64,000 bases of DNA from the human T2T-CHM13v2.0 reference genome, Homo sapiens: NCBI RefSeq assembly GCF_009914755.1, contig NC_060926.1; one strand, written 5' to 3'. Below are positions 43,844-56,488 of this stretch, one piece after another. The notes under the pieces were generated by a model. It was not told the origin of the DNA, searched no databases, and saw nothing but the letters and a program-made list of their open reading frames with translations. Made by a program: the position numbers and the translations under genes. The number at the start of each line of letters is the position of its first letter. Position 1 is the stretch's first letter.

Positions 43844-44203
43844 GGATATGCTTTGGGTGTCCCCACCTGAATCTCATCTTGAATTGTAGTTCCCATAATT
43901 TCCATGTTTTGTGGGAAGGACCTGGTGGGAGATAATTGAATCATGGGAGAGGTTTCCCCCATACCATTCTCGTCATAGTGAATAAGTCTCATGAGATCTG
44001 ATGGTTTTATAAGGGGTTTCTCCTTTCACTTGGCTCTCATTCTCTCTTGTCTGCCACCATGTAAGATGTGACCTTTGCCTTCCACCATGAATGTGAGGCC
44101 TCCCCAGCCACTTGGAACTGAGAGCCCATTAAACCTCTTTTTCTTTATAAATTACCCAGTCTCAAGTATGTCTTTATCAGCAGTGTGAAAACAGACTAAT
44201 ACA
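43844..44203 (+). mobile_element. THE1-type solo LTR nested in Tigger1
   Basis: Exact 5-bp TSD tagat (43839-43843 / 44204-44208). Confidence 0.92.
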
Positions 44204-44489
44204 TAGATCTCTATAACAAATAAAATAATAATGAAAAAGTATGAAATATTGTGAGAATTACCAAAACGTGAGACAGAGACACAAAGTGAGCACAGACTGT
44301 TACAAAATAGCACTGATAGTCTTGCTCAATAAATTGCCACAAACTTGCAATTTCAATGTCTAAGAAACACGATAAAGTGAAATACAGTAAAACTAGGTAT
44401 GCCTATAGATGGTGGGCATACATTGAGCAAAGAGGACATTTCAAGAGACAGACCACAAGTGATTTTGATTACCGTGAACCTTAGGCATG

Positions 44490-44680
44490 CAAGATAATAT
44501 GAAGCTAAATGACCTTGAACAGTTTTCTTCACTCTTTGCCTCAGTTTCCTGGTAGGTAAAGTCATAGTAATAATATTCACCTTCCCAGGCTGGCTGCAAG
44601 GATTAAGAGAAGAAATGTATGTAAAATTCCTTACATGCTGCCGAGCTTATAGTAGGGAATAAGTAAATGGTTATAATTAT
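44490..44680 (+). mobile_element. MIR
   Basis: tgaccttgaac..ctttgcctcagtttcct..gtaaa..taataat..aggattaa. Confidence 0.7.
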
Positions 44681-44899
44681 TATTATTATTACTACAGACC
44701 AGGGCTCCAAGTAAATACAAAGAGATTATTATCAAAAGCAAAAAGACATCCAGGGTCACTGACTGTGATAAATTGCTGTGATTGTGAAATGAAAACACCT
44801 TGCCTTTACTATTTCTTAAAAGGAAAGAGCCAAAAGATAGAAAGGTTTTTGTTATCTCCAATACCAATTGAATACACTTTCTCTCCAATCCTGAAATTC

Positions 44900-45330
44900 A
44901 CTAAGAGCTAAACTGAGGAGGGTAATGGGGTTACTAAAAAGAGAAAAATTGAAAAGCACAAAAAACTCACTGACCTAGAAAGTGAAATGTTTGAGTGGTT
45001 TTGTCAAATTAGGGTAGATATCATTCCCATTTCTGGTTCTTGTTTGAAACAGAAGCCAATACAATTGGCTTAAAGAGGAAAATTGTCCCAATGAATGGCT
45101 CCAGCCTTCTAAATCTAACATCTAACAATGTGACAGTACAGTGTCTCTATTTGCTGAAGTCTAGGCAAATGCTACTGCTGTTACAGCTGGAAAAGATTGG
45201 CAGTGAAAAGAGAATGACAATTCTGGATAAATACTACTGAGAATTTATCTGAGAATTCATTCAGTACTTTAGATAAAATTGTCTCTGCCTCAACTTGCTG
45301 CTTGTCGGGCATGTTTTCTTGTGTTGTTAT
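44900..45330 (+). mobile_element. Ancient pogo/Tigger-family transposase remnant (CENP-B-type HTH)
   Basis: 44966-45070 translates to LTDLESEMFEWFCQIRVDIIPISGSCLKQKPIQLA, fitting the L..WF...R....PISG..L..KA motif. Confidence 0.65.
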
Positions 45331-46405
45331 GAAAGATATAACTCACTGTAGAAAAGGGTTGTATAAAGAATGTCTCAGAGACATGTAAGCCAATAAAATG
45401 CAGAAATTTCATGCAGCCACATTGTGAGGCTTCTGGAACCAGAAAACATCTGGTTACAGGAAGAGCCATATGATCTAGAGAGGTCTGTGCTGTATTTCTC
45501 TCTTTCCTTGCTTCAAATCATTGTGCGATCCCATGCAGATGAGTTTGTATTATCTCTATTCTCAGCCGGATTAAGTTTTGAAAATTTACTCAGCAACCTG
45601 AGCCACACACACACACACATAAAAATAGAAAAATTGATAGGGGTAGTCAGGTAAAGCATAATGTTCTGCATTTTTGTGTGTTTCTGACTACCTGCTCCCG
45701 TGTCGTTACTTTATGAAGGTAATGGAAAAAGCAAAGGGTGTGCAATGAGGAGACCTGCCATGTATACCACGGGGCAATCTTTTAGCAAAGAGGTATCCAC
45801 TGTTTTCATCGTGATGAAACTTCCCCCAAAACATCATCAGGACAAATCTCTAAGCGCTTGAAGGCAAGAATTATATTTTATTTAGAGTTTTATTCCTAGG
45901 GCCTATTACTCTGTGTAGACTCAAGAAATACTCAGTGAATGTAGACAAATGGACACATGAATGAGAGACATACATGTGATAAAACAGTCAAATTCTAAAT
46001 AGCCTCCAGCACTGATCAGGAGCAGGCATTTTTAGCACGTGTCATTATGGCCAGACAAAATCTGGAATAAATCTCACTTTCTTACACCAAAGAGGCTAAC
46101 ACTGAGAACTGGAGTGAGACTGATAACAAAAGGTGGGAACTCTTCCTTTTAGCTAACATCTTGAATTTGTGCTGAGCTTTGCGGAGAACTAGGATTCATT
46201 CAAAAAATGTACTTTGCCTTTACTCCATCATCTCTTTGAAATCTCTAGTGATGTTCAGAATGGGAGAATTTGAGAGAGTTAAAGTCTATGCAAAATCTAT
46301 GATTCCAAAGCAGGGAAAAATTCCTTTTAGACTTGGTGTGGTTGGGCAGGTAGCTCTTGATTCCATGCAGGCTTTTCGTGCTTCTCATATAATGAGGAAA
46401 TTCCA

Positions 46406-46875
46406 TGTGTTAGTCTATTTATGCATTGCTACAAAGGAGTACCTGAGGCTGGGTAATTGATAAAGGAAAGAGGTTATTTTGGCTTATGATTCTGGAGGCT
46501 GTGCAGGAAGCATGGTGCCTGTATCTGCTTCTGGTGAGGCCTCAGGAAGCTTCCAATCATAGTGAGAGCTAAATGGGGAGCAAATGTATCACATGGTAAG
46601 AGAGGGAGCAAGAGAGAGGAGAGGACCCAGATTCTTTTAAACAAGATTTTTCAACTCTAACTGAGCCAGAACTCACTTATCACAGAAGAGATGGTGTTAA
46701 ATCATTCATGAGAGATCTGCCTGGTGTTAAATCATTCATGAGAGATCTGCCTGGTGTTAAATCATTCATGAGAGATCTGCCTCATGATCCAATCATCACC
46801 CCAGGCCCCACCTCCAACATTGGGAATCACATTTCAACATGAGATTTGGAGGGGACACACATCCAAACCATGTCA
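46406..46875 (-). mobile_element. MSTB-like MaLR solo LTR
   Basis: tgtgttagtc..tacctgaggctgggtaatt..catttcaacatgagatttgga..atccaaaccatgtca. Confidence 0.9.
46692..46781. repeat. Perfect 30-bp x3 tandem repeat
   Basis: tggtgttaaatcattcatgagagatctgcc occurs three times without a mismatch. Confidence 0.97.
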
Positions 46876-49800
46876 CTTCAATACAATGTACTAAGCTCCC
46901 GCATGGGAGATAGAACCTGGGGATTGGCCTTGTAATCTCTGCTTATTTTGATCTAACCCCTTCCCTCTCTGATTACTCTTAGTCCTTTCTCCCTTGTTTT
47001 TCCTTTGATATCAACCAGGCTCCCAATTTCTAACCTGAGTCCTACCAGGGACTTGGCTGTGCCCGTATTAGGCAGCCAGATGACTTCTCTTGCCTCTCAA
47101 CTTTTTCCTGTTCTTGGCAGTAACCCATTCTAGGCAGCCTGAGCAAACTGCTCTATGCCAAACCTGCTTGGACAACCCATGATAGCCCGAGAAACTGTGA
47201 TGCCAACTTTTCAAATTTATGTTGACTCTTGGCCCATTGACTGGTTGAGTGCTAAATATGAGTAAATGATAACAGGTTTAGCCACTAATTGGTATGGCCA
47301 ACATCCACTTTTTATAGTCCCTCTTATTCCATAATGCCATTACTAACAATCACTTTAACATTTTTATTATGGAAAATGTCAAATGTATATAAAAGTAGAA
47401 TGGAATAATGAACTAGCATCCACTCATCAGACAACTTCACAATTACTTTTTAGGCTTTTGACTATAAAAATAGTTGCATACCCAGCAAATCTCTTCAATA
47501 TTGCAGAATTACATTTTTGACTAATGCTGTATTTGCAACTTGGCAATTTTGGCAGCCCTGCCTTTTAAGACCATATCTTTCCTGGCTTAGTAATGATGGA
47601 CCATCCCTCCCATCCAACTTAGTTTAAACTGCTTAAGCAAATCTCCTCAAGATATTATGTGTTTGCTCCCTTTCTTAAAAATAGAAGGTGATTTAAAAGG
47701 TCATAAAAAATGTTCATTCATCAGGTCAGTCCTTGCAGTCCCCCTTTTCGTCTGTGATAGCAATTTGGCAGGAGAGCGTGTTTATTGCCTCTGATCTCAA
47801 CCACAAAAAGACCAGCAAGTTAACACAAACCATGCCAGCCTCCCTCAATAATTAATTACACGGCCCATCCATGAGTTTATCTAAACATTTTTGAAGCTAT
47901 TTCTATTTCTAGCCTGTACCAGTTCTGAATAAGCCTGGTAGACACCATGGAGATAACAGAGTAGCCTCGCGAGATGGTGGGGCAGATAATGGAACACACG
48001 TACAGGCATTTCACTCCTCCAGACACAACTTGGTTTAACTGGACCCCAAAGCCAACAGTAGAGTTAGCGATTAAACCAATCAAACTTTTTCTTCATTATT
48101 AAAGAGTTATCACCTAAGCCAATAAATCCGCACACAGTCAAAAGTGAGTTCATTTCTAAAAAGCTACAGTTACTGTAAGGTATGCTGTAACCAGCAGTGC
48201 AATCTAGACTTGACTTGTGGCGATAAGGTGCATGAATATAAGAGCTCTTCCCACCCTTATCTCCAATAACCTTAACCTGGATATTTATCTTCATTAAGGT
48301 GATGAATATTATGTGTGTATGTGTATATATGTATGTATATATTTCTTTTGCTTTTGCTTCTTGAGGTTAAATATAATTCTGAAGGTGATGCACTTGCATC
48401 CTCAAACAGGCTTGTTAGTTTTACAAACAAACTAAACCTTTAACACTACTGCAGAAGCTGATCTATATCCCTTTTCCTGCCCCCTCCTTTTCCTAATGCC
48501 TCAAGCACTCATCTTTAATAGGATGGGATGGGAAGAGGGGACTGTCAGGAGATAAAACTGATCGACTATGGGCGTAGTTCAGCAAAATATGCATCCAAGA
48601 AAAAAAATTCAAACAGCATACCATATTGACAATGGGTTCTAAGAAACATATATAAAGAACAAACGTTTGTGTATTACGTGTGATCACATTTTGAATTAAC
48701 TTTAATTAAATCAGAAAAAGTATGATATAAAAATACTAATAGCATCTCACTTTAAGGACAAATCTTATATAATACTAATTCCTCCTTATTAAAAATTCAT
48801 TCATTTGAAACTATGTTCGTGCTGTTGTCACTTAACAGTACTGTTTTTATGGATACACCAAAATAACTGTCCTTCATCAACAGATTTAGTCTCGAATCAT
48901 GTGAATTTCAATGAGCCACAAAAGCACCTCTTGAACCAAATGCAAAGTTTTGTATTGCTAACAGATGACACTCAGCTGACTCCATGAATTTCTCTCCCAG
49001 AAGCTGTAGGCAATTCCTTAATGGCCACAGGGGTAATGACTGTGTGTCCAGGTGTGAACTGGGGCACAATCAGTCAGGCAGAGGACAAAACTAAATGATT
49101 AGGAAGGTCAGTTTTGCAGCTTCATCACAGAGGGAACTGTGACTCTGCAGCTGCCAAGCATATTCTAGGACTGAGACTCTATGCCCCAAGGGAAAGAAGA
49201 ATGGAGGGCTGCATATTTTGTCCGCCATGGGAGACTTGCTGTGACCTACATAATTATGTGATGGTGGTATGCTGTAAGGCAGTGGCTCTGCCCTGTTATG
49301 GGAGCACCTGCTTTGCAGGTGCTGTTCCCTTTGACTGGAATGCTCTCACCTCCAAGGCACATTCCTCATCCTGCAGATTTCAGCTCTTCCCCAGGGAAGT
49401 GACTCCCATCTGTGCCATGTTCGTTTAATTTAGGCATGCTCAGAACCCAGGTTATAGACAATTTATGTTGTCTGTAAATACTTGTAAATACTTCAACGTA
49501 CATAGTGTGTGTGTTTGTCTTGATCTGCATCTTGGAGATATTTAATTCATAGTAGAAGGGCCTTAATCTAAAATACACACTCAAGATATGATTAGTGAGC
49601 ATTTAAAAACTAATAGAAAATCTACACTCAAGGCGTCTACACAAAGGCTTCAATGATCTCGATCTCTATTCCACCAGAAGGTTTAATAATCAGCATTTTA
49701 AAAATATTGTTAAAATATTAATCTTTTTTTATGGTTTTTAAAATAATGTTTCATTAACTTAATGAGTGGCATTTTAAACAGTGTGGACTGGCTAGAAATC

Positions 49801-50010
49801 TTGTACAAATTATCTTGCCTTCACAGAAACAAAGAATTGAGCAAGGCCAGCAGCATAAACTCTTCAGAAGTCTGCCTTAGGTTTAGAAGTCCATCTGGTT
49901 CTGACTGCAGAAGCTTACAAAGGATGCTGATACCCGAATCCTGGTGTCTGAATATTATCACATTAATTTCAAGTGAATATTTTGTGTCATGTGCTTTGTC
50001 AGAGCATTTA

Positions 50011-50331
<321 letters not shown>

Positions 50332-50339
50332 AAAAGCCT

Positions 50340-50482
50340 TGCTGCTCAAAATGTGGTGTGGAGACAGTAGCATCAGCAATACCTGGGAGTTGGCCAGAAA
50401 TGTCAACTCTTAGGCCCCATTCCAGACAGACCACATTTTGACAAGATCCCCAGTGATTCCTGTGGCATTTGAGTCGCACTGC
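50340..50482. mobile_element. MER5A-like
   Basis: gctgctcaaaatgtggt..gcatcagca..acctgggagt..ttttgacaagatccccagtgattc. Confidence 0.75.
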
Positions 50483-50575
50483 CTACATTTAATAGCTGAA
50501 GGCTGGGACTTCATCAAGTTTACAGACCAGGTTATATGGATGCTCTTTTCTTTTTTTTTTCTTTTTGGATGCCAG

Positions 50576-50652
50576 TCAGCTGATAATCATTTGTGTGGCA
50601 GAATTCCATCTGAGACTTACTGTCACTGTAACTGACATCTGGCGGTGAGAAG
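50576..50652 (+). other. Candidate non-coding internal exon
   Basis: About 24-nt pyrimidine tract plus CAG acceptor; AAG|GTAAGT consensus donor; stop codons in all three frames. Confidence 0.35.
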
Positions 50653-53600
50653 GTAAGTGCGGAGAACTGCAAACCTCTCCAATCTTAATTATTGAAGGCC
50701 ACTTTTATCTACCGTAAATCACCTTATCATTGTGAACTACCAAACTGTCTTAGGTGAGTTTGCAACTTTTTTTTGTTTTGCATTGTGTCTCGATTTGTAA
50801 TTTTACATTGACCCTGTGATTACGTGGTTAATGTGTGTCTCCCTCGGTATACAATAGGTTCTTAGCAGAAACAGGTTTTATTTTGTTTCTCTTCTGCCTC
50901 TCTGGTCAAGCATCTAGTCCTGTTACTAGTAGACACACAATACATATTTAAATATTATTGAAGGAAATGAATGTGTGTGATTTTCTGAGCAGACAAAGGA
51001 AATGCATTTAAGTTTTTGTGAGCTTTAGAACTTTGAACTGACTCTTGGTTGCTGAATAAATAACTTCCATTGTAATTTATCCCCAAACAGCCAAGCAAAC
51101 ATTTCTCATGATCATAACTTGTACACTCCTTGTGTCACTACTGTGAAGCTTAGCATATGGAGAATTAATTATAAAAGCTTTTTGTTTTGTTTTGTTTTTC
51201 TTTCCTTTTTTTTGTATTTGTTTTGTTTTGTTTGCTTATCTTTTTTTGGTTGGAGTTTGCTAATCAGGTATGTACAAGTTTAATAATCATGGAATACATG
51301 ACTACAGTGTTAAAAGGAACACTGACAAATTATTTCATGACTTCAATACATTGTTCTGGGCTCAAGGTGGCAGACAGCCATTTTACCAGAGGGAGGAACG
51401 CCAGCCAGTGGTGACACACAGATGCCTTCTCCCAAACCCAGTCTTGTGAAATAGAAAGTCGTATCAGAAATATGTAATCAATTTAAGCTTATTTTATGCC
51501 AATTACACCTTGTTAAGGAAGCCTGTGAACAAAGTCTCTAAAAACAAGATTCTGCAGGGTTTTTGGCACTTCTGTGATAGACGGTATTAAATGCCGGCAG
51601 ACTTGCATATTTAAAATACTTAATGATGGGGAAAAATAGAAAATTAATTATCTTGGTGAGAAAAACCTGTCAGAGAGATAATTTACTAAAAGCTATTTTG
51701 GGCAATTGTTACATTAAACATTTCTAAATAAGACAGAATGATCTATCTAATAATAGGCATTGAAACTACACCACAGTGGAGCCAAATTAAAATTTATATT
51801 GAGCTCCAATCCAAACAATAGATGAAATAAATTATACCTATAATTCACAATTGATTGCTTATGGCAGTCTCAGGCCGTAAGAATGGCTTGCCAGCCCTTA
51901 TGTGCAGGCCCTAATATCTTATACGAACTTTATTTAAGGGAAGGGAAGTACCTTAAATCCTCCAACCATGCCTGCAAAAGATATTTTTCAAAAGAATGCA
52001 CTCTTGTTCATATGGTTTATTTCAAGATAGTTCTTATATAGGACTACCTTCATTATTATTCTATTTTTAGGATTGAAGATTTCTTCCTGTTTTCAAAACC
52101 ACATGCACAAGCAAAGAAATACTCAGGAAAGAAATTCATACATTGTAATAATATGTGGTTGAAGTGATTGAAATGGTTAAGTAATACTGTATTATTAAAA
52201 CATAACATTTTTCTTAGACTTTCAACCTCACACCGGGAATTTACCATTTAAAAAGGATGAAATTCAAAGATTTTATTGCTTAGAGATATTTATGCACCTA
52301 GATGCCTGAAATGGAAAGGCACACACTTTATTGCTCTGTTCCTATAATTCAAAACTGGTGAATAGATTTAGTATTTTTTAAATGAGTTAAAACCAGACAT
52401 AAGCAATTTAAGCCCCAAAGCTGGTGGCTTCAATAAGGAATGAGGAGAATAAAATAGCGATGATGGAAAAGCTTTAGCCGGGTGCTAAGTGTGTGCTCTA
52501 ACTCTGAAAGAGAGAGGATGTATAACATAGACATGTGATTTAAACTAAGGATGGGGAAAACAAGCAAAGGCAAAAGGTGGAGAGCAGAAAAGGAGATTTC
52601 AGCTTCCTAGAGCCCAGGTATTTGTTTTCTTCATGTGAAGGTGGTCTACAGCACAGATCTTTTCTTGAGACTCTAAGGTGAAAGAAACTGACTTTGTCCC
52701 AATTTCTTAAACTTCCAATTTCCAAGCTTACAAATGCTATAACCAAAGAGAATACACTCTAGCTCCTTCTCCAATCTTAGTTGCCCAAGTAGGAGAATGG
52801 ACAGTTTAATTATGCTAATGCTATGCCAATTTATATAGAGCTTCACAGCTATATAAAGAATTGGAAAGAAAGCTGATCTCATTCTATTTGCCCCTCACCT
52901 ATCTCCCAACCTGCTTCCATAATTCCATTATTTACTTCCCAGGAGAGTACCTCTGCTCTTTTGGGATACTGCAAATAAGTGTTTCAAAACCTTCAAATAC
53001 AATCTCCACTCTTTAATTTGTAAATTCCCTTTATGGCAGCAGAGTGGCCTTAAAGAAAGAAGACTTAACCTTATGAATTCATTTGATAAATATTATATGG
53101 TGACTTCTATATGCATACATTGAGATACATGCAGAGCTTACCAAATCATAATAACAAAGATGACAAGGAGATCAAAGAAGAGAAAACACACATAAATGAT
53201 TACAGCCAATGGGATGTTTGGAAGTACACAGTAGATCACAGGTGATATTAAGAAGAAATAGATTATTTTTGCTTGGGTCAAGAGGAAAGGCTTCATAGAG
53301 GAAGCCACAGCTGAGAGAGGATGTTAACAAGTCTCTGGGCCACACACTGTGACGTGAAGCTTATATTTTTCCTGTGGAGCACTGGTTCTTCAAGCCTCCT
53401 ACATTCACACTCTTCCAAATCTTTCTTTTTCCAGCTTCCTCCAGTCTTCCAGTCCTGATCCTTTCTCCTTTTTTCTTTTTCTCATACTCCTTTCTCTAAA
53501 CAGCTTTGAGCCCATGTTAATTATTCATACCATATTTAAGATTATAACTGTATGTCTTCCTTTTCTTACCTGTTAACCTATTTTGTTATATAGGCTATAT

Positions 53601-53657
53601 ATACACACATATATAATTATACAGAAAAGCAAAATGCAATCAGACTCTGCATGTGTG

Positions 53658-53660
<3 letters not shown>

Positions 53661-53696
<36 letters not shown>
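53661..53696. repeat. (TG)n microsatellite
   Basis: Seen directly. Confidence 0.97.
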
Positions 53697-53701
<5 letters not shown>

Positions 53702-56198
53702 TTTGTTTTAAAGCAGTTTTGTTCCTTCCATTTTTTGCTTGGCCTTCCCATGACTTCACATTTGTCCCAATTCCATCGTTAATTTCTATTGACAGCTTTC
53801 AGTGTGGTCAGCCATATTTTCTTTATGATTATATAACAACACGCACACACATACACACAAATATGCATAAATACATGTACATAAAATATAAGATTTATCC
53901 TATGCCTACTTTTCTGTATCTTGTCTTTTTTATTTACAAGTATTTATAGAAATTTCTCCAAGTCTACCAGTAGAGTTCCAATTCATTCTTTTTATGGCTG
54001 TGTAGTACTTCATAGTGTGGACACCCTGTGAATTTGTCAATCATTGCCATAAAATCCTAGAACTTCACCTCCAGGTTTTTGCTGCAATCAATGCTGATGT
54101 TCATATATCCTTTGTTTTTATTTCTGTTATACAGTCCCAGGAATGGGATTGTTCCACACACATACACACACACACACACATATACAGGCACATGCACACA
54201 CACACATACACATACACACACACTACATTCCATTTTAATAGATATTGCCAGGCAGGTTGCTTTAAAAAATGTTTTAATTCACACCACTAATGTGTAAGAA
54301 AATATTCTTTCTGTGTCTCTGTCAGTAACAGATGTTTATACTTTTTTTTTAACAATCTTTAAGAATTGCTTTCTTTTTTTTGAATCTATTTAAATTTTTA
54401 AGTATGTAAAACATTTACATGATTCTAAAGTCAAAGCTGTATAACCAACCAATATTCAAAGAAGCCACATTTCTGTCACTGTCCTCTCCATCCTCCTGCT
54501 TAGGTAACAATTTTATTCATTTTCAGTTTGTTCTTTAATGTTTCTTTTTTTCAAATATACTAATTACATTTACATTTATATGTTTAACCCCTTTTCTTAC
54601 ACAAAAGGTAGGATATCATATATATTTTTCTGTACTTAACTCTTGTCACTTAAGAAGTATATTCTGGTTCTCCTCATGAGTGTATAAAAGTCTTCCTCAT
54701 TTTTTATAGCTGCACAATATATATTATATGAATGTACTATATGTTATTCAACCAGTCTCAAATTGATGGACATTGAGGTTGATTTCAAACTTTTACAAGT
54801 CTAAAAAAATGTCACAGTGAATAATCTAGAGCATAAGTTATTTCATATTTTTCCAGTGTATTTTTAGGCTAGATTCTTAGAAGTGAGATTGCTATAAAAA
54901 GGATAAATGCATATATAATTTTCAAAGATATTGCCAAATGCCCTTCAATTGGGTTTGTACAACACTGCATTTCTACCAAAAATATGAATGTGATTATTTC
55001 CCCACGGACTTGCCAAAATTCTCTACTTCCAAATCTTTAGATTTTCATTAAACTAACACATGAGAAATGATAATTTCATTTAATTTTTATTAATCTTATG
55101 AGTAAGATTGAGGATCTTCTTATGTTTAAATGCCATTTCTCTTCTGTGAGTTACTTGTTTATATGCTTCGTTCATTTTTCTGTTGGGTTATTGGTCGTAT
55201 TTTCCTCAATTTTAGTAGCTGCTTGTATTTTAGTGGTAACAATCTTTTCTAATCTAAATTTCTAATATTTTAAATCCGTATTTTGATTTTGTATATGGTG
55301 ATATTTTCAGCAAAGGATTTTTTGTATAATTGAACCTAATTATTTTAAATTGCTTATGAATTTTGAGTCATAGTTAGTAAGGTCTTATTTATAATGTATA
55401 AAGGATCTATCCAAGTCTACTCTCAGGATTGAAAGCTTTCAGTTTTTACATACAGATCTTCAATAATTTGGAGTTTATGCTGGTAAATAAAGTGAAGTGC
55501 AGATTTAATTGTATCTTTCTCCAAATGTGTCAACACCATTAATTAAGAAGTCCAACTTTTCCTACAGATGTGAGATACCATTTTTATCATATACCAAATG
55601 TCCAAGTGCATTGGAATCAATTCTGTGCTATGTTTCACTTGTGCACTAATGGCATACTCACAGAAACAATTTCTAGCATCTGTCTATCTAACTATCTGAC
55701 AGGACTGGTCATCATCCCCACCACCAATACTCTCCTTTTTCAGAATTCTCTGTTTTTGTGTGTTTATTTTTCTACGTGAAATTTAAAATCAACTTGGGGA
55801 GCACCAATTAAAAAAATTTCTTAGTATTTTTATTGGAATTGTGTTACATTTATAAAATCTCTAGAAAGAATTATCTTCATGACATTGAGTCTTCTTAACT
55901 ATGAACATTATAGATTTTTCCAGTTGTTTAAATCTAATGTGGAGTCTTGCAGGGATATTTCAGTTTCTTTAATTATTATTATTTATTTAGCTTTTTCACA
56001 TTTCTTGTTAAGTTTGTGAATAGGTGTTTCATTTTGTCTGCTGTAATTTTAATTGGGTCTTTCATTGCATCATTTAACTTTTAGATATACAAATCTGTAT
56101 TGATTTCTATGTATTAATTTTATACCCTGATATTTTTAATACATTCTTTTGTTTGTAATAGCTTCCCCAGTATTCTGTTGAGTTTTCCAAATATAAAA

Positions 56199-56488
56199 TT
56201 TTATTTTATTTTTAAATTATTATTTTGACACAGTCTCACTCTGCCACTCAGGCTGGAGTGCAGTGGCTCAAACTTGGCTCACTGCAACCTCTGACTCCCA
56301 GGCTCAAGCGATCATCCCACCTCAGCCTCCTGAGTAGCTGGGATTACAGGCTATTATGTGTATGTTTAGCAGCGATGGAGTTTCGCTATGTTGCCCAGGC
56401 TGGTCTTGAACTCCTAGCCTCAAGTAATCTGCCAGCCTCTGCCTCCCAAAGTGCTGGGATTAGAGGTGTGAGCCACTGCACCCAGCCC
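56199..56488 (-). mobile_element. AluJ with an internal deletion, nested in L1
   Basis: Antisense Alu; atataaaattt TSD. Confidence 0.9.

Larger units (their letters stand above)
41720..44404 (-). mobile_element. Tigger1 DNA transposon, near full length, 3'-truncated, with nested Alu and THE1
   Basis: 5' TIR (aggcatacct) at ~44404; minus-strand peptide MSSKCSSERKS..LTLNQKLE..L.EEGM.K.EIGQ matches the Tigger1/TIGD1 transposase N-terminus; C-terminal [19 protein letters not shown]. Confidence 0.92.

Noticed and set aside
46692-46781. 30-bp repeats as a CRISPR-like array
   Set aside because: Units are directly adjacent with no spacers, lie inside a mammalian LTR, and there are no cas genes
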